Origin: a virus
Taxonomy: Duplodnaviria; Caudoviricetes
IMG/VR virus record: IMGVR_UViG_2786546475_000032
Coordinates: 1 to 64,000 of that record
Strand: one strand, 5' to 3'
Length of the DNA: 64,000 nt
Part shown: one piece after another, positions 45,570-55,912 of the stretch
How positions within the stretch are numbered: the stretch's first letter is position 1
How the letters are laid out: each line of letters starts with the position of its first letter
Position numbers and translations under genes: made by a program
Notes under the pieces: generated by a model
Databases searched by the model: none
Told to the model about the DNA's origin: nothing
Seen by the model: the letters and a program-made list of their open reading frames with translations, nothing else

Positions 45570-48500
45570 TTACTCGCTCAAGTTGTAGTAAATCGCGACA
45601 TAGTAATGAATATCGTCATTATCCATAGCTTCGACGATCTCATCTTCATCATAACCATTACTTCTCAAGTAATCGTCATAATAAATTTCGGTAAACTCTT
45701 CAAAGTCTTCTTTGATAGATTCGTCGATAGCCGTCGTGTCATACATACACGAGAGATGATCAATCGCGGTGTTAAGCGCTTCACCCTCATGCGAACCACA
45801 ACCGAGCACAAAGTGCTGATATGCAGATTTAGCATAACACTGAATCATTTGTGATGAATACCAACCTTTCGAGACGATCTCGAAGTCAGTAATCTTTTGT
45901 TCAGATTTACGTTCCAAAGAACGCATCAAACTTACCATACTCATTATTAACCTCCTACAAGGCTTGAAATCTCTAAGGTAGACGCTGGTATAGGTCGATA
46001 CCTTAGAGCGTCTACACGTTGTTAATACGGTTTAACACGGGGTATTCAGGACTCTAACCAATCATTGAAATCAGACAGGTTAGCGGAGATAGCTTGGGCC
46101 ATCCTTTTGTTCAACTCTTCAACATCATCCGGGGTAGGGATGTCATTGAAACGCTGATCCGTCCAATGCTCATCGATTCGCTCGACACAATTCGCCAAAC
46201 GATAAACAAGGTTCCCATATTCCTTAACATCGTCAAGGTTGGTGATGTAAACACCTTGTGGTTTCGTTTGAAGAATCGTTCCTGAAAGATTGGTAATCAA
46301 CCAGTACACTTTGTTATCTGCTGCTACGGTTTTGCGAAAGATGAGATTGATAGCTGCCTTCTCATCCTCAAAGATAACATTCAGATGAATATCATCCTCA
46401 TCAAAACCATCCCAATAAACATCGTACCTACATTTACTTCTAGTAATATTCACTCGACTTTGACAATCGAGATCAACCATCATGAGAGAAAGAACCCTGA
46501 CAAAATCCTTCATTTACTTACCTCCTAGAACTTTTTTCACTTTTTCCCAACTTTTTGGGAAAATTCTTCGATCGTCTCCGTTTATATGTATAAGAAAGCT
46601 TTGAAAGGCTTTAGTTATATATTGGGAGATTTTTGTTGGATTACCTTTAGAGAGGGATAGAGTTACTTATTCGATGATATTGTCAAACCCTTTTGCGAGG
46701 CAGCTTTTCAGCTTGCTTATTCAGAAACCAGTGAGCGAGGTATTCATCACCTTCTAGATGTTTTGGTGTGAAGCTGTAGACCTCGGCGTCATAGTATTTA
46801 AACCTCGTGTGTCGAGATCCGTTAGACAACACCTTTGTTTCCAGAACGGAAACATTGCTAAAGTCACGCTGGTAAACTCTTTCACTGTTGTTGAAGTGGA
46901 AATTCATGAGGTCATGAAAGATGCGTTCATCAGTCGTGAACCAATCTTTATCACGTTCCTCATAGACAACCTCGACAACATCATCTGGAGTCACTTGAAC
47001 AACTTTCGTTTGCGAGTAGATGAATGATGCGAACATCACACAACAGATGAAGAATGTTGCGCTAACCATGATGGGTGCAACAGTTTTAATAGCGATGACA
47101 GAAGAGAGGATGATGATCAATGCTTCCATTGTGGAACCTCGTTTTTTGTGCGTTTTGCGATTGCGTTATAGCGAATTTTACAGTGTACACCGAAGTCGGT
47201 GACGAATAGCCTATTCAGGATTCGAACCTGAATAACTCTACCATAGTTTTAGAGATAGGCTTGTGGGAGTCTCATACCATCGTTAGAGTATGAGATGAGG
47301 ATTTTGTTGAATGTTGTCTTCTCGAAGAAACCTTTTGACCTTAGAAAGCTATAAACCTTGTAAGGAAAACAGTGTCTTGAAAGATAACTACGATTGGTTT
47401 TAGTAGCTATGTCATCTCGCCATTTACAGCTTAATGCAGGTTCGTTATCTTCAAACAACTCTTCATAACTCCACATGATGTCAACAACCTCATCGAAGTC
47501 ATTATTACCAAACATATGATGATCGTTGTGAAGTTGGATAACAACCGTTCGTCCAACTGTAAAGATTTTACTCTTCATCTTGCGATAAGGCATCATTTAA
47601 CCTCGATGTGATACAAGAGTCTATCTCGAATAAACTCCATTTCATACTGGTCAACCAATGCAACTTGGTCATATTCAAAATACTTATCGAGATCTTGATC
47701 TCCAAAGTATCCATCACTTACATCGACCACGTTATATTTAGCGTTCAGAAAGGCTATCTCGAAAAGATTACCTTTCATCAAACAACTCATATAACGATCG
47801 AGACCAGCTTTTTGGTTCTTTCGTCTAAAGAGAAGTCTCATGACATATTCCTACCTTTTGCTTTGTAGTTTTATTAGCACGTCCCTTCCTTCACTATTAA
47901 TTTTAACCACCAAAAGTAAGAAACAAGGTGGCTAAATTAATTTTTCGTACATACCTACCCAGGGAATCGAACCCTGGATAACTACCATAGTAGGTTATTG
48001 ACTGGACATATATGCATCATATGCATTTTTCATGTAAGACCAACAACCATCGAGATAACACTCGATATATTTAATCTCATCATCATTTAAAGATGTATTA
48101 TTGAGAATCCATTCACCTTCATGAATACATTCTCTAAGTAACGTCTCAACCTCTTTCGCGTCAGTCTTTTCAACTGACTTTCTAACCTTGTTGCCAAAGT
48201 CTTTGATAGCAGTCGAGACGTTTTCAGGGTTGAAACAAAGGCCATCATCTTCTGGATACATGATTTAGCTCCATTGTTTATAGTTTAGGTTATTCGTGAT
48301 TTAAGGTGTTAGAGCGTGACTAATCGACTACCCTAGCACGGGGTTACATCGACGCTAAAAGTCTTAACCACCGTCTTAATATGGATTAACACGGGGTAAT
48401 TATAGGCTTAGAACGCTCCAGCAATTGAGGTCACACACCAAACAATTGCCCAGATACACAATGCAATCATAGCTGCAATTGGAGTAGCAACTATTACGAA

Positions 48501-51500
48501 CACAATTGAATACCCGACAAGGTAAACAAGGAATGCTCCAATAGCTTGTAATCCATTGGAGATAAAGTTTGCGATTTTACTTGCATAACTATACTTTTCC
48601 ATAGCTTTCTCTTATACAGGATTGATCATCGCCATGATAGCGAAGAATGAAAGGACTCCCAAGATAGTCAAGGAAAATCCGAGAATAAATTCAGCTAATT
48701 CTTTCATAGCTACTCCTAGATAGGTTGGAACATTGCCATCATTGAGAACAACGAAAGCAATGTGATCATGATGAGTGTGACACCGAAGATCATGGTTGTG
48801 AGTGGATTCACTTTTTACCTCTTAGTAAATCAAACTTGGAACGAATTTGCGAACGATACTCACATAGACATTTATCATACGGATAGGATCGACCTTACCG
48901 TTTGTGTATGTCATGAGTGATTCGCGAGCGTTTTGCAAACAGGCTTGAAAGACAAGCGATTGCTTATAAATGTCAACCGTTTTACCATCAACATAGATCT
49001 CATTGATAGTCATGTTGTTGAAGATCATTACATCAATTCGTTTTCCCATCTATCTTTCTCCTTAGTTAGAGATTATTAAAAAGAGGATAGCAAGGAATCG
49101 AACCTTGTTAGAGCTAGAACCTTTTGCAAGGCATCCACTAGCCTATCCTTAATGTTCAGATAAAACCAAGTTGGCGCAATTCCTTACGCAAGGCGCGAGT
49201 TTCGAGAAGATCCTTTTCAGTAAACTTCTCTTCTTCTCTCACTTGACCTCTACCTAAACAAACCGTGCAAGGTTTGCCGAAGTTGGTAACAAGGTTGCCA
49301 TCACAAACCGGACACAGAACGTATCCATCATCGCAAGGCTTGAGAAACTCGACACGACCATAACCAAGACTCATAGCTTTCTCCATTGTTAGCTATGTTA
49401 TTGTTTCGTACCCAATGCTACAAGTAGCTATCAAAAGAAGAATGAATACATGTAAGCATCCATTTCATCCATTTGTTGCATCTTGTAGCTTTCGAGATCT
49501 TGACGCCATAACTCTATTTCGCAACAGAGTTGTTGTTCGAGATCTCTTATCTCACTCAAAACCTCATCGACAAGACTTTCAGCCTCATCTTGAGAATCTG
49601 CACAAGAGGTGTTGTCACACCACCATTGCAGATTTGAACGAGCATCCTCTAGACGCCTGTTAGCATCTTCTAGCGCAAGCTCTAACCTAAGCAATTCACA
49701 CATATTTACTCCTATGTGCTAAAGGTTTAAAGAGAACAGTAGGGAATTGAACCCTATAAAACCTGAAACCTTACAGGCTGTTCTAAGTAGTTTTCAGTAA
49801 CCGCAACCACATCCACAAGAGAAGTCAACAGGATCATCTGGATAGAGATGGTTCCATTTCTCGTAAACTGACATACCATGCCATTCGTCATGCCATGTCG
49901 ATTCCAATTCTTGGATGAGACTCCACGCATCATCCAAAGTGTCCTTGTCGATACCAGGGACACGAGAGAGTTTCTCATAGTCAACCCTTGCTTTTTCAGC
50001 AAGGGTTTCTATCTCATCCAATGAGAGATCTTCAGCGTTGAAGGTTTCAACTTGCATTTGTTTTCCTTTAAGGAAAGGGTTAAATCAACGATCGAGAGCG
50101 TACGAACATTCCCACTGCCAAGCATCCTGTAGACGTTTGACGAGAAAGGGATACATGTTTTCCAACAATGTATACATCTCACTATCATCACGCTCACAGA
50201 AATGGAGCCAGATGTTATAGATCAATTGTTGTTGCTTAGTCATAAAATACCTCATGACTTGGAGCGTTTTGCGCTCGCGTTTATAGGATTGTGAATTTTT
50301 TCATGACGTACCGAAGTCTATACATCGAAAAAGAACAGTAGGGAATCGAACCCTATATACCTAGAACCTTCTAGGCTGTTCTAAGAGGATCACTCCTCTT
50401 CAGTCACCGTATTGTCCAGATCTTCGCTATCATCCTGTTGGATAGGTGCGAAAACATAGATGCTACGGTTTTCGAGAGTTTCGCCGGAATCAGCGATCCA
50501 GTTCTTGATCGCTTGAAACGCGCTACCAGGGCTCGCGTATTCCACACCATTCTCACAAAGGAAGGTGTGAATATCGTCCTTTGTCATCGGATTGTCGGCA
50601 CATTGCTTGCGCAACTTATCGACAACCTCTTGTGTCAAGCGTGACCGAGATCCCGATCCGCTGCTATTGCTCTCGCAGACAGCTTCGAGAGAGAAGTTGG
50701 AGGCGACATACTCGCCAACTACCTTGTTGAACAAGGATTGCGAGAACACTTGCTCACCAGCATCATCCATCACATCGAGAGGGTTAGAACCTTCCTTCAG
50801 AAGAGCGAGGATCTCAAGCCTATTCGATGCGTATGCACCAACCTTGCCTTGAAGCTCACGGATCTCTTCAGAAGACTGCTGAATCATGTTACCAATCATG
50901 GTATTCCCTTTTTGTACTGTGGACTTTTATTAGTCCGTTTGTTGAAACGTTCAAGAGACCATCCCTTGAACACTACTAAATGTAGGCTCGAAAAGTATGA
51001 AACAAGTCGAAAAATCAACTTGCTCGATTTTACTCACTCGCCTATCCCGCACCATAAACTTAAGCTCCAAAAGTATGAAACAAGTTTATTTTCCGATTCA
51101 TGAATTGAATCAGATATAGAACAGTAGGGAATCGAACCCTATAGAACCTGAAACCTTCAGGCTGTTCTAGTTTTCAGTATCAGTAATAGTAACCAGCCTG
51201 ACGAGCAAGCTGACGTTGACGATGATAATAGGCGTTCTCTCTTTCTTGGCGAGGAAGGTTTGAAGCAACCTCGAAACTAGGAGAACACCTAAAAGTATGC
51301 TTATCATTCTTCAACACTGTCAGTTGCGAAAGCGTTACATCGACCTTGACAAGCATCATCCCTCGATAATCCATCAGGACACCTTGTAATGAAGCAAGGT
51401 GAGGATCAGTCGTCCACACATATCTTGTCAACTTTACAGTATCCTCCAGAGAGTCACATGTGACATCGAACCCATGCCGATGTCGCAACTTTCTAAGGCA

Positions 51501-51629
51501 TGTGCGAGCCTTTTGTGCATTCCCATTTTCCATATGGTCAACAAAGGATTGCAACAGAACTTTGGCAGATGAAGTAGTCATTTTAGACTCCTTATTTTTA
51601 GTGCGTTCGACACCCACTGTATCGAACAT
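45570..51629 (-). CDS. Early-gene-like block of small hypothetical proteins separated by repeated regulatory cassettes
   Basis: Short ORFs with strong RBSs and long structured intergenic spacers; 49156 has CPVCDG/CTVCLGRG DnaJ-type Zn motifs. Confidence 0.55.
47207..47246 (-). ncRNA. tRNA-minihelix-like element
   Basis: CTATGGTAG mini-hairpin, then AGTTATTCAGG-TTCGAAT-CCTGAATAGGCT-A. Confidence 0.6.
47952..47995 (-). ncRNA. Anticodon-less tRNA mimic
   Basis: ACCTAC-tatggtagttat-CCAGGG-TTCGATT-CCCTGG-GTAGGT-A. Confidence 0.65.
49083..49149 (-). ncRNA. Anticodon-less tRNA mimic
   Basis: AGGATAG/CTATCCT acceptor, GCTAG...CTAGC arm, CAAGG-TTCGATT-CCTTG. Confidence 0.7.
49732..49784 (-). ncRNA. 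Anticodon-less tRNA mimic
   Basis: AGAACAG-CCTG(taaggttt)CAGG-tttta-TAGGG-TTCAATT-CCCTA-CTGTTCT. Confidence 0.72.
50331..50382 (-). ncRNA. Anticodon-less tRNA mimic
   Basis: AGAACAG-CCTAG(aaggtt)CTAGG-tata-TAGGG-TTCGATT-CCCTA-CTGTTCT. Confidence 0.72.
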
Positions 51630-52083
51630 TGTTTAATTTAAACGCCGAAAGTATGAAACAAGGCGTTTTTTCTAGAGTTAGCGTCAACCCGGTTTCCCGA
51701 GCCGACACTATAAAGTTAAGCGCCAAAAGTATGAAACAAGGCGATTTTTCAACCGCTCAATCTCACCCGCTCGCCTATCCCGCACCATAAACTTAAGCTC
51801 CAAAAGTATGAAACAAGCGCTAAATCAATTTCTCAATTTTTACGCCGTTTCCTTACCCCGTACCTTAAATGTAGGGGCGGAAAGTATGAAACAAGGATTT
51901 TTTCTCAATCCCTGTAACCACCCGATCCCCTTTCCCGTACTCTAAAGTTAACCGCGAAAAGTATGAAACAAGGCCGATTTTCAACCGCCCTTTTCCGTCC
52001 CTTCCCTTTTCCCGTACTCTAAATGTAGGCTCCAAAAGTATGAAACAAGTTTTTCCTCCTAAGCACAAAAAGTATGAAACAAG
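50991..52083 (-). repeat. Array of 16-bp motif CTTGTTTCATACTTTT at 77-78 bp period (two copies 50991/51069; seven copies 51647-52083)
   Basis: Copies at 50991, 51069, 51647, 51725, 51802, 51880, 51957, 52034, 52068; dispersed copies at 42597, 45490, 47912, 54861 and inverted at 56035. Confidence 0.9.
51117..51168 (-). ncRNA. Anticodon-less tRNA mimic
   Basis: AGAACAG-CCTG(aaggttt)CAGG-ttcta-TAGGG-TTCGATT-CCCTA-CTGTTCT-A. Confidence 0.72.
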
Positions 52084-52756
52084 TTTTTTCTTCATCTTTT
52101 TAAAATAATTATATTCCTTTTAGAAATAAATTCATGATATATATTTATATATATCACTCAAAAAACCCCACCCAAAAAGAAAAACAAAAAGAAACCCTAC
52201 TCAGATAGATAAAGAGAATCCAGATATAGAGAAGGAAGATATAGTATTAATAGATATGTCTAAAACAAATACACACTAAGACAATACCTAAATAAAGGAT
52301 ACCGACACACATATAACACACAAACCTAGCTCATATTGATACACCTTTGAAAACCTCTATGTTTTAGATTGTTGTAAATCACCCATATTCAGAAGATTGT
52401 TGTAAATTTTGGCTACCGAAAAACGATATCTCAAACTTATACATAGCTTATAAAGGGGTTTTACACTAATAGGGGTCATATTGATACCCTTAGTTAGATA
52501 TAGGGGCCATATCGTGTTAATATGGGTTAAAAAGAGGTGTTTAAGGTTGACTTAGGTCTAAAAGAGGCATGTTTAAGGGGTAGGTCAGAATGATATGGGT
52601 TTGTTAGACATATGATAAATGAAGTTTACATAATGCCATCCCCGCATATCATCTGGCGACAGGTTTAAAAGATATGGGTCAGGGTTGGTTGTATTTAAAA
52701 GATCTGATATAGATTTGATATATCTTACAGCAGGTTCTCAAGCGGCTTTAGCCGCG

Positions 52757-52870
52757 TTTTGACCCCTATTTAAAAGATATATGTAGAACGATGATAAAGG
52801 CAGTTTACATAATGCCTTCTGAACTTATTCTATATCTCTTAGACATATATCTTTTAAATAGGGGTCAAAA
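52757..52870. repeat. Perfect 28-bp inverted repeat enclosing a lone XerD-like arm
   Basis: ttttgacccctatttaaaagatatatgt (52757-52784) and its reverse complement (52843-52870). Confidence 0.85.
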
Positions 52871-53209
52871 AGCTGTCTTACCCTAGGGCCAAAAAAAACG
52901 AACAACTATATCTCACCCGCATATATAGCTATCTTTAGGCAATCGTCTAAATGTACCATTTTTTGATATAGGTCTAAAAAAGTGTAACAAGTTTGGAGTT
53001 TTTCCTAGATGCGGATCATAAAATGGCAATTTTTACAGCAGGTTCACAAGCGGCTTTAGCCGCGATATGTAGGAAATAGATATAGGCTATATCAAAAAGA
53101 TAATGGTCGAGTCCGATAAGTGATATTATGTAAACCAGGCCCCCAGGGGGTAGAAGGTCCGATAAGTGATATTATGTAAACTCGTTTCACAAGGGGGTCG
53201 CAAGCGATT

Positions 53210-53326
53210 TTTTAGATAGGGGTAAAAATGATATACTTCCTTCTCTATATCTGTATTCTATATCTTCCTTCTCTATATCTGTATTCTATATCTTCCTTCT
53301 CTATATCTTTTTACCCCTATCTAAAA
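53210..53326. repeat. 19-bp inverted repeat enclosing a 28-bp tandem repeat (~2.6 units)
   Basis: ttttagataggggtaaaaa / tttttacccctatctaaaa around (cttccttctctatatctgtattctatat)n. Confidence 0.85.
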
Positions 53327-53366
53327 CAAGGTCCGATAAGACCGCATTATGTAAACTTGGTTTAGA

Positions 53367-53648
53367 TGCAAAATATGTGCCAAAAAATTAGGCATGACTT
53401 TTGCATATGGAAAAGCTGATAAACCAAGTTTACATAATGCGCGGCTTGCAACCCCCGTGCCAACTATTCAAAAAATGGTAAAATAATTCAAGGTCCGATA
53501 AGTCGTGTTATGTAAACTAGCTGAGTTTACATAATACCCGCAAGCCGATCCACAAGCTGGCGGAAATGTCAAGAGAAATTTGTAATTATTTTTATGCAGG
53601 AGCCTTTCAAAATCCGTGCCAACTTTCGGTATGCAATCCCTATGCCAA
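53367..53648. promoter_or_regulatory. Five sigma-54 -24/-12 motifs
   Basis: YWGGCAY-N5-TTGCA at 53367(-), 53389(+), 53447(-), 53606(-, TTGAA variant), 53632(-). Confidence 0.78.
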
Positions 53649-53677
53649 CTTTTTACACAAATTTCGACTTGCACCTA

Positions 53678-53813
53678 ATTATACCATACTCCGAATATGA
53701 ATTACAAGATCTTTTTTCAACTTTTTTCAGCGTCCGATAAGTTGTGTTATGTAAACTTCGGGTTCACAGAATTCGAGCAAGCGATTTTACCATATTGATT
53801 TATGGTTTGTCAA
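53678..53813 (-). promoter_or_regulatory. Two extended -10 sigma-70-type promoters
   Basis: TTGTAA-N18-TATAAT (53678-53707) and TTGACA-N18-TAAAAT (53784-53813), both with TATGG before the -10; third copy TTTACA-N18-TATAAT at 55022-55051. Confidence 0.65.
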
Positions 53814-53881
53814 AGGGTTTTTTCAACTTTTTTAGCGTCCGGTAAGAGGCATTATGTCAACTTGTCGGGTAGGTCAAAAAG

Positions 53882-53904
53882 AAAGCCCTCAAAAAGAGGG
53901 CTTA
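53882..53904 (-). terminator. Intrinsic terminator after the 53934 ORF
   Basis: aagccctc-aaaaa-gagggctt with an adjacent A tract (U tract on -). Confidence 0.65.
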
Positions 53905-53933
53905 TTTAAGATGGGTTGATTTGATATAGATTT

Positions 53934-54269
53934 TTAGATGAGTGCGCACTTGATGCGCTCTGGGCGAACCCTCTCTCTTATATCATTGTAAACCATATAC
54001 ATCTCAAAAATGGTCTCTGGAGGGTTAGGGGGATTATTATTACTCTCATATTGATACAGGTCGAAACGATACCTATTTCCATTGTTGATCACAGTGATAG
54101 TATCACCAGTAATATAAACTTTATTATCCCCCTTGACATAATCATAGTTCAAGGTGAGCACCTTTCTACCATGCGTAGTTTTGTGACGCTTGCTAAGGGT
54201 GTAACCTTCAGCTTTGATCCAATTGTGAATGTCGTAGAGAGCGCTAGCGATAAGATTAGCCATTTTCAA
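53934..54269 (-). CDS. Hypothetical protein
   Basis: ORF with AAGGA RBS followed by a terminator. Confidence 0.55.
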   Translation of the reverse strand: MKMANLIASALYDIHNWIKAEGYTLSKRHKTTHGRKVLTLNYDYVKGDNKVYITGDTITVINNGNRYRFDLYQYESNNNPPNPPETIFEMYMVYNDIRERVRPERIKCALI

Positions 54270-54329
54270 AATCCTTTTTTGGATTAGGGTTAAAACAAGA
54301 TAGGTCGGAATGACCTATCTCTATGTGCA

Positions 54330-54369
54330 ATACCCCTTGAGGAATCGAACCTCGTAACCGGTAGGGGTA
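54330..54369 (-). ncRNA. Anticodon-less tRNA mimic
   Basis: TACCCCT-accggttac-GAGG-TTCGATT-CCTC-a-AGGGGTA. Confidence 0.6.
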
Positions 54370-54385
54370 AAAGATATATCTCTAT

Positions 54386-54772
54386 TCAGTAGGGTTTGGG
54401 ATAGTGGTGCTTATTGGTGCCAGTCAGATAGTGTTTAATCTGGCCTTCCTCATCTACCATCCAATTCCAGGGATGGAAAAACTCGCTACCTGGCTTGTCG
54501 CACTGGTAGACCATCATGAGGAATGATTTACTCTGTTTCTTCTCGCCATCAAACTTCCACGCGAGGGTATCAGCGTAAGTAACGTAGGCGCTAGGATTGG
54601 AGCAGTATTCCTCACGGTTAGCAGCGCTAGGACTACTAACCATCGCGGTGTACCGCGCGAATGCTTTCTGAGTGTCACTGACCCCTAAGTCAGCGATAGC
54701 TTGGGTGGCATACCAGAAGGTGGCGCACGCGAGAAGAATTCCAGCCACGATCGTCAAGTCAGCTTTCGTCAT
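54386..54772 (-). CDS. Hypothetical exported/membrane-anchored protein
   Basis: Start reassigned to ATG 54772 (GAGG RBS); N-terminal hydrophobic helix; upstream TTGTTT-N17-TACACT promoter. Confidence 0.6.
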   Translation of the reverse strand: MTKADLTIVAGILLACATFWYATQAIADLGVSDTQKAFARYTAMVSSPSAANREEYCSNPSAYVTYADTLAWKFDGEKKQSKSFLMMVYQCDKPGSEFFHPWNWMVDEEGQIKHYLTGTNKHHYPKPY

Positions 54773-55103
54773 GTTCGTAACCTCATGTTCATGTTTCAGT
54801 GTGTCGCTCTCGTTCAGTACACCCTGAGTGTACATGACGATTGATGAAAAAACAATACCCCAAAGTAAGAAACAAGGACTTTTTTGCATAGAAAATCCCG
54901 AACACCAGCTATGCATCATTCGCATATTTCAAAGGTTGGAGAATGGTCGTTCGCCAGGGGCATAGGTCAATTTGAGGTATATCTTTTTGAAGGGGGTCGA
55001 TTACACGGGGGTGCCAAGCCGATTATACCATACCTCAAATATGGTTGTAAAGCATTATTTCAAACTATTTTCGCACCGATTATGTCAACCCGCGTTATCA
55101 CTC

Positions 55104-55893
55104 AGTTGACATAATACCGCTTATCAGACTTTCTAAAAGATAGGGTAAGGGTGATATAGCTCTTAAAGAGGTAGGTCGATTCAGCTATATCATTTAGGGG
55201 TAGGTCAGAATAGTAGGTGGGAGATTGCTGTATCTCTTTAATAGGGTTAACGAGAGTGTTCTTACAAGAGGTAGTGTAGAATGATGTGGGTTTAAAAGAG
55301 GTATGCTGAAAAGGTGGGTCAAACAAACCCACCTCATCTGATACCCTCTTTTGGATATGTTGAATCATCTTGTTCAATCCAAGTGTTCAAAACGCTTTTG
55401 TATATAAGCTTTCAACACTTCATTTCAACATAAGCTAAAATCCTTATATGCAATTCAAGTGTTGAAAGGCTTATGTTTAGTTGTAAAAATAACCGTAAAA
55501 ATAATTCTGTTAGTATTAAGTGCAAAACTTGCGAGAAGGGCTCTAGAAGGCTCGTGAGAGGACGCTATTTCGCTACCCTTGTCAGTGTATTGACCTATCC
55601 TTTCAAATGGATTCTGAGCCAATCTGTGGACCCCGTTTCACCCGCATAGAATGCGGACTTCCGGCATTATCTAATAGATTTCATGCCTGGATCACAGTTT
55701 CAAGAGTTTGTCAAGCGATCGGCCAAAATAGCTTAATTTTCCTGGCACACACCTTGCATACACTACCTCATCATTACCTATATCTATTTAACCTATCCCT
55801 TTTTACACCCATAGCGACTTGGATGCAAAACCTGTGCCAAGCCTGTTTGTCAACAAAAATCCTGAAGTTGACATAACGCACCTTATCGGACCT
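55104..55893 (-). other. Two dif-like XerC/XerD sites in the opposite orientation
   Basis: AAGTCTGATAA-GCGGTA-TTATGTCAACT (55104-55131) and AGGTCCGATAA-GGTGCG-TTATGTCAACT (55866-55893). Confidence 0.8.
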
Positions 55894-55912
55894 TTTGCAA
55901 GATCAGTGCCAA
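55742..55912. promoter_or_regulatory. Three sigma-54 -24/-12 motifs
   Basis: CTGGCACACACCTTGCA 55742(+), TTGGCACAGGTTTTGCA 55824(-), TTGGCACTGATCTTGCA 55896(-). Confidence 0.8.

Larger units (their letters stand above)
53109..53862 (+). other. Six dif-like XerC/XerD sites
   Basis: GTCCGRTAA-N6(7)-TTATGTMAAC at 53109, 53155, 53329, 53491, 53730, 53835. Confidence 0.8.

Noticed and set aside
46022-48398. CtrA boxes
   Set aside because: Spacing is TTAA-N6-TTAAC, not the N7 of the CtrA consensus
51725-51760. Bacteroidota-type promoter (TAnnTTTG matches TACTTTTG)
   Set aside because: Several copies end TTTC/TTCG, genes use strong Shine-Dalgarno sites, and canonical TTGACA/TATAAT promoters are present; not excluded but unsupported
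51647-52083. CRISPR array (regular 77-78-bp period)
   Set aside because: The repeat is only ~16 bp, the spacers resemble each other, single copies sit before genes, and no cas genes are in the window
51990-55210. KOPS (GGGNAGGG) polarised toward the dif-like sites
   Set aside because: Only one clear match was noticed (~51999, - strand); the other G-runs (GGGGTAGGTC) do not fit
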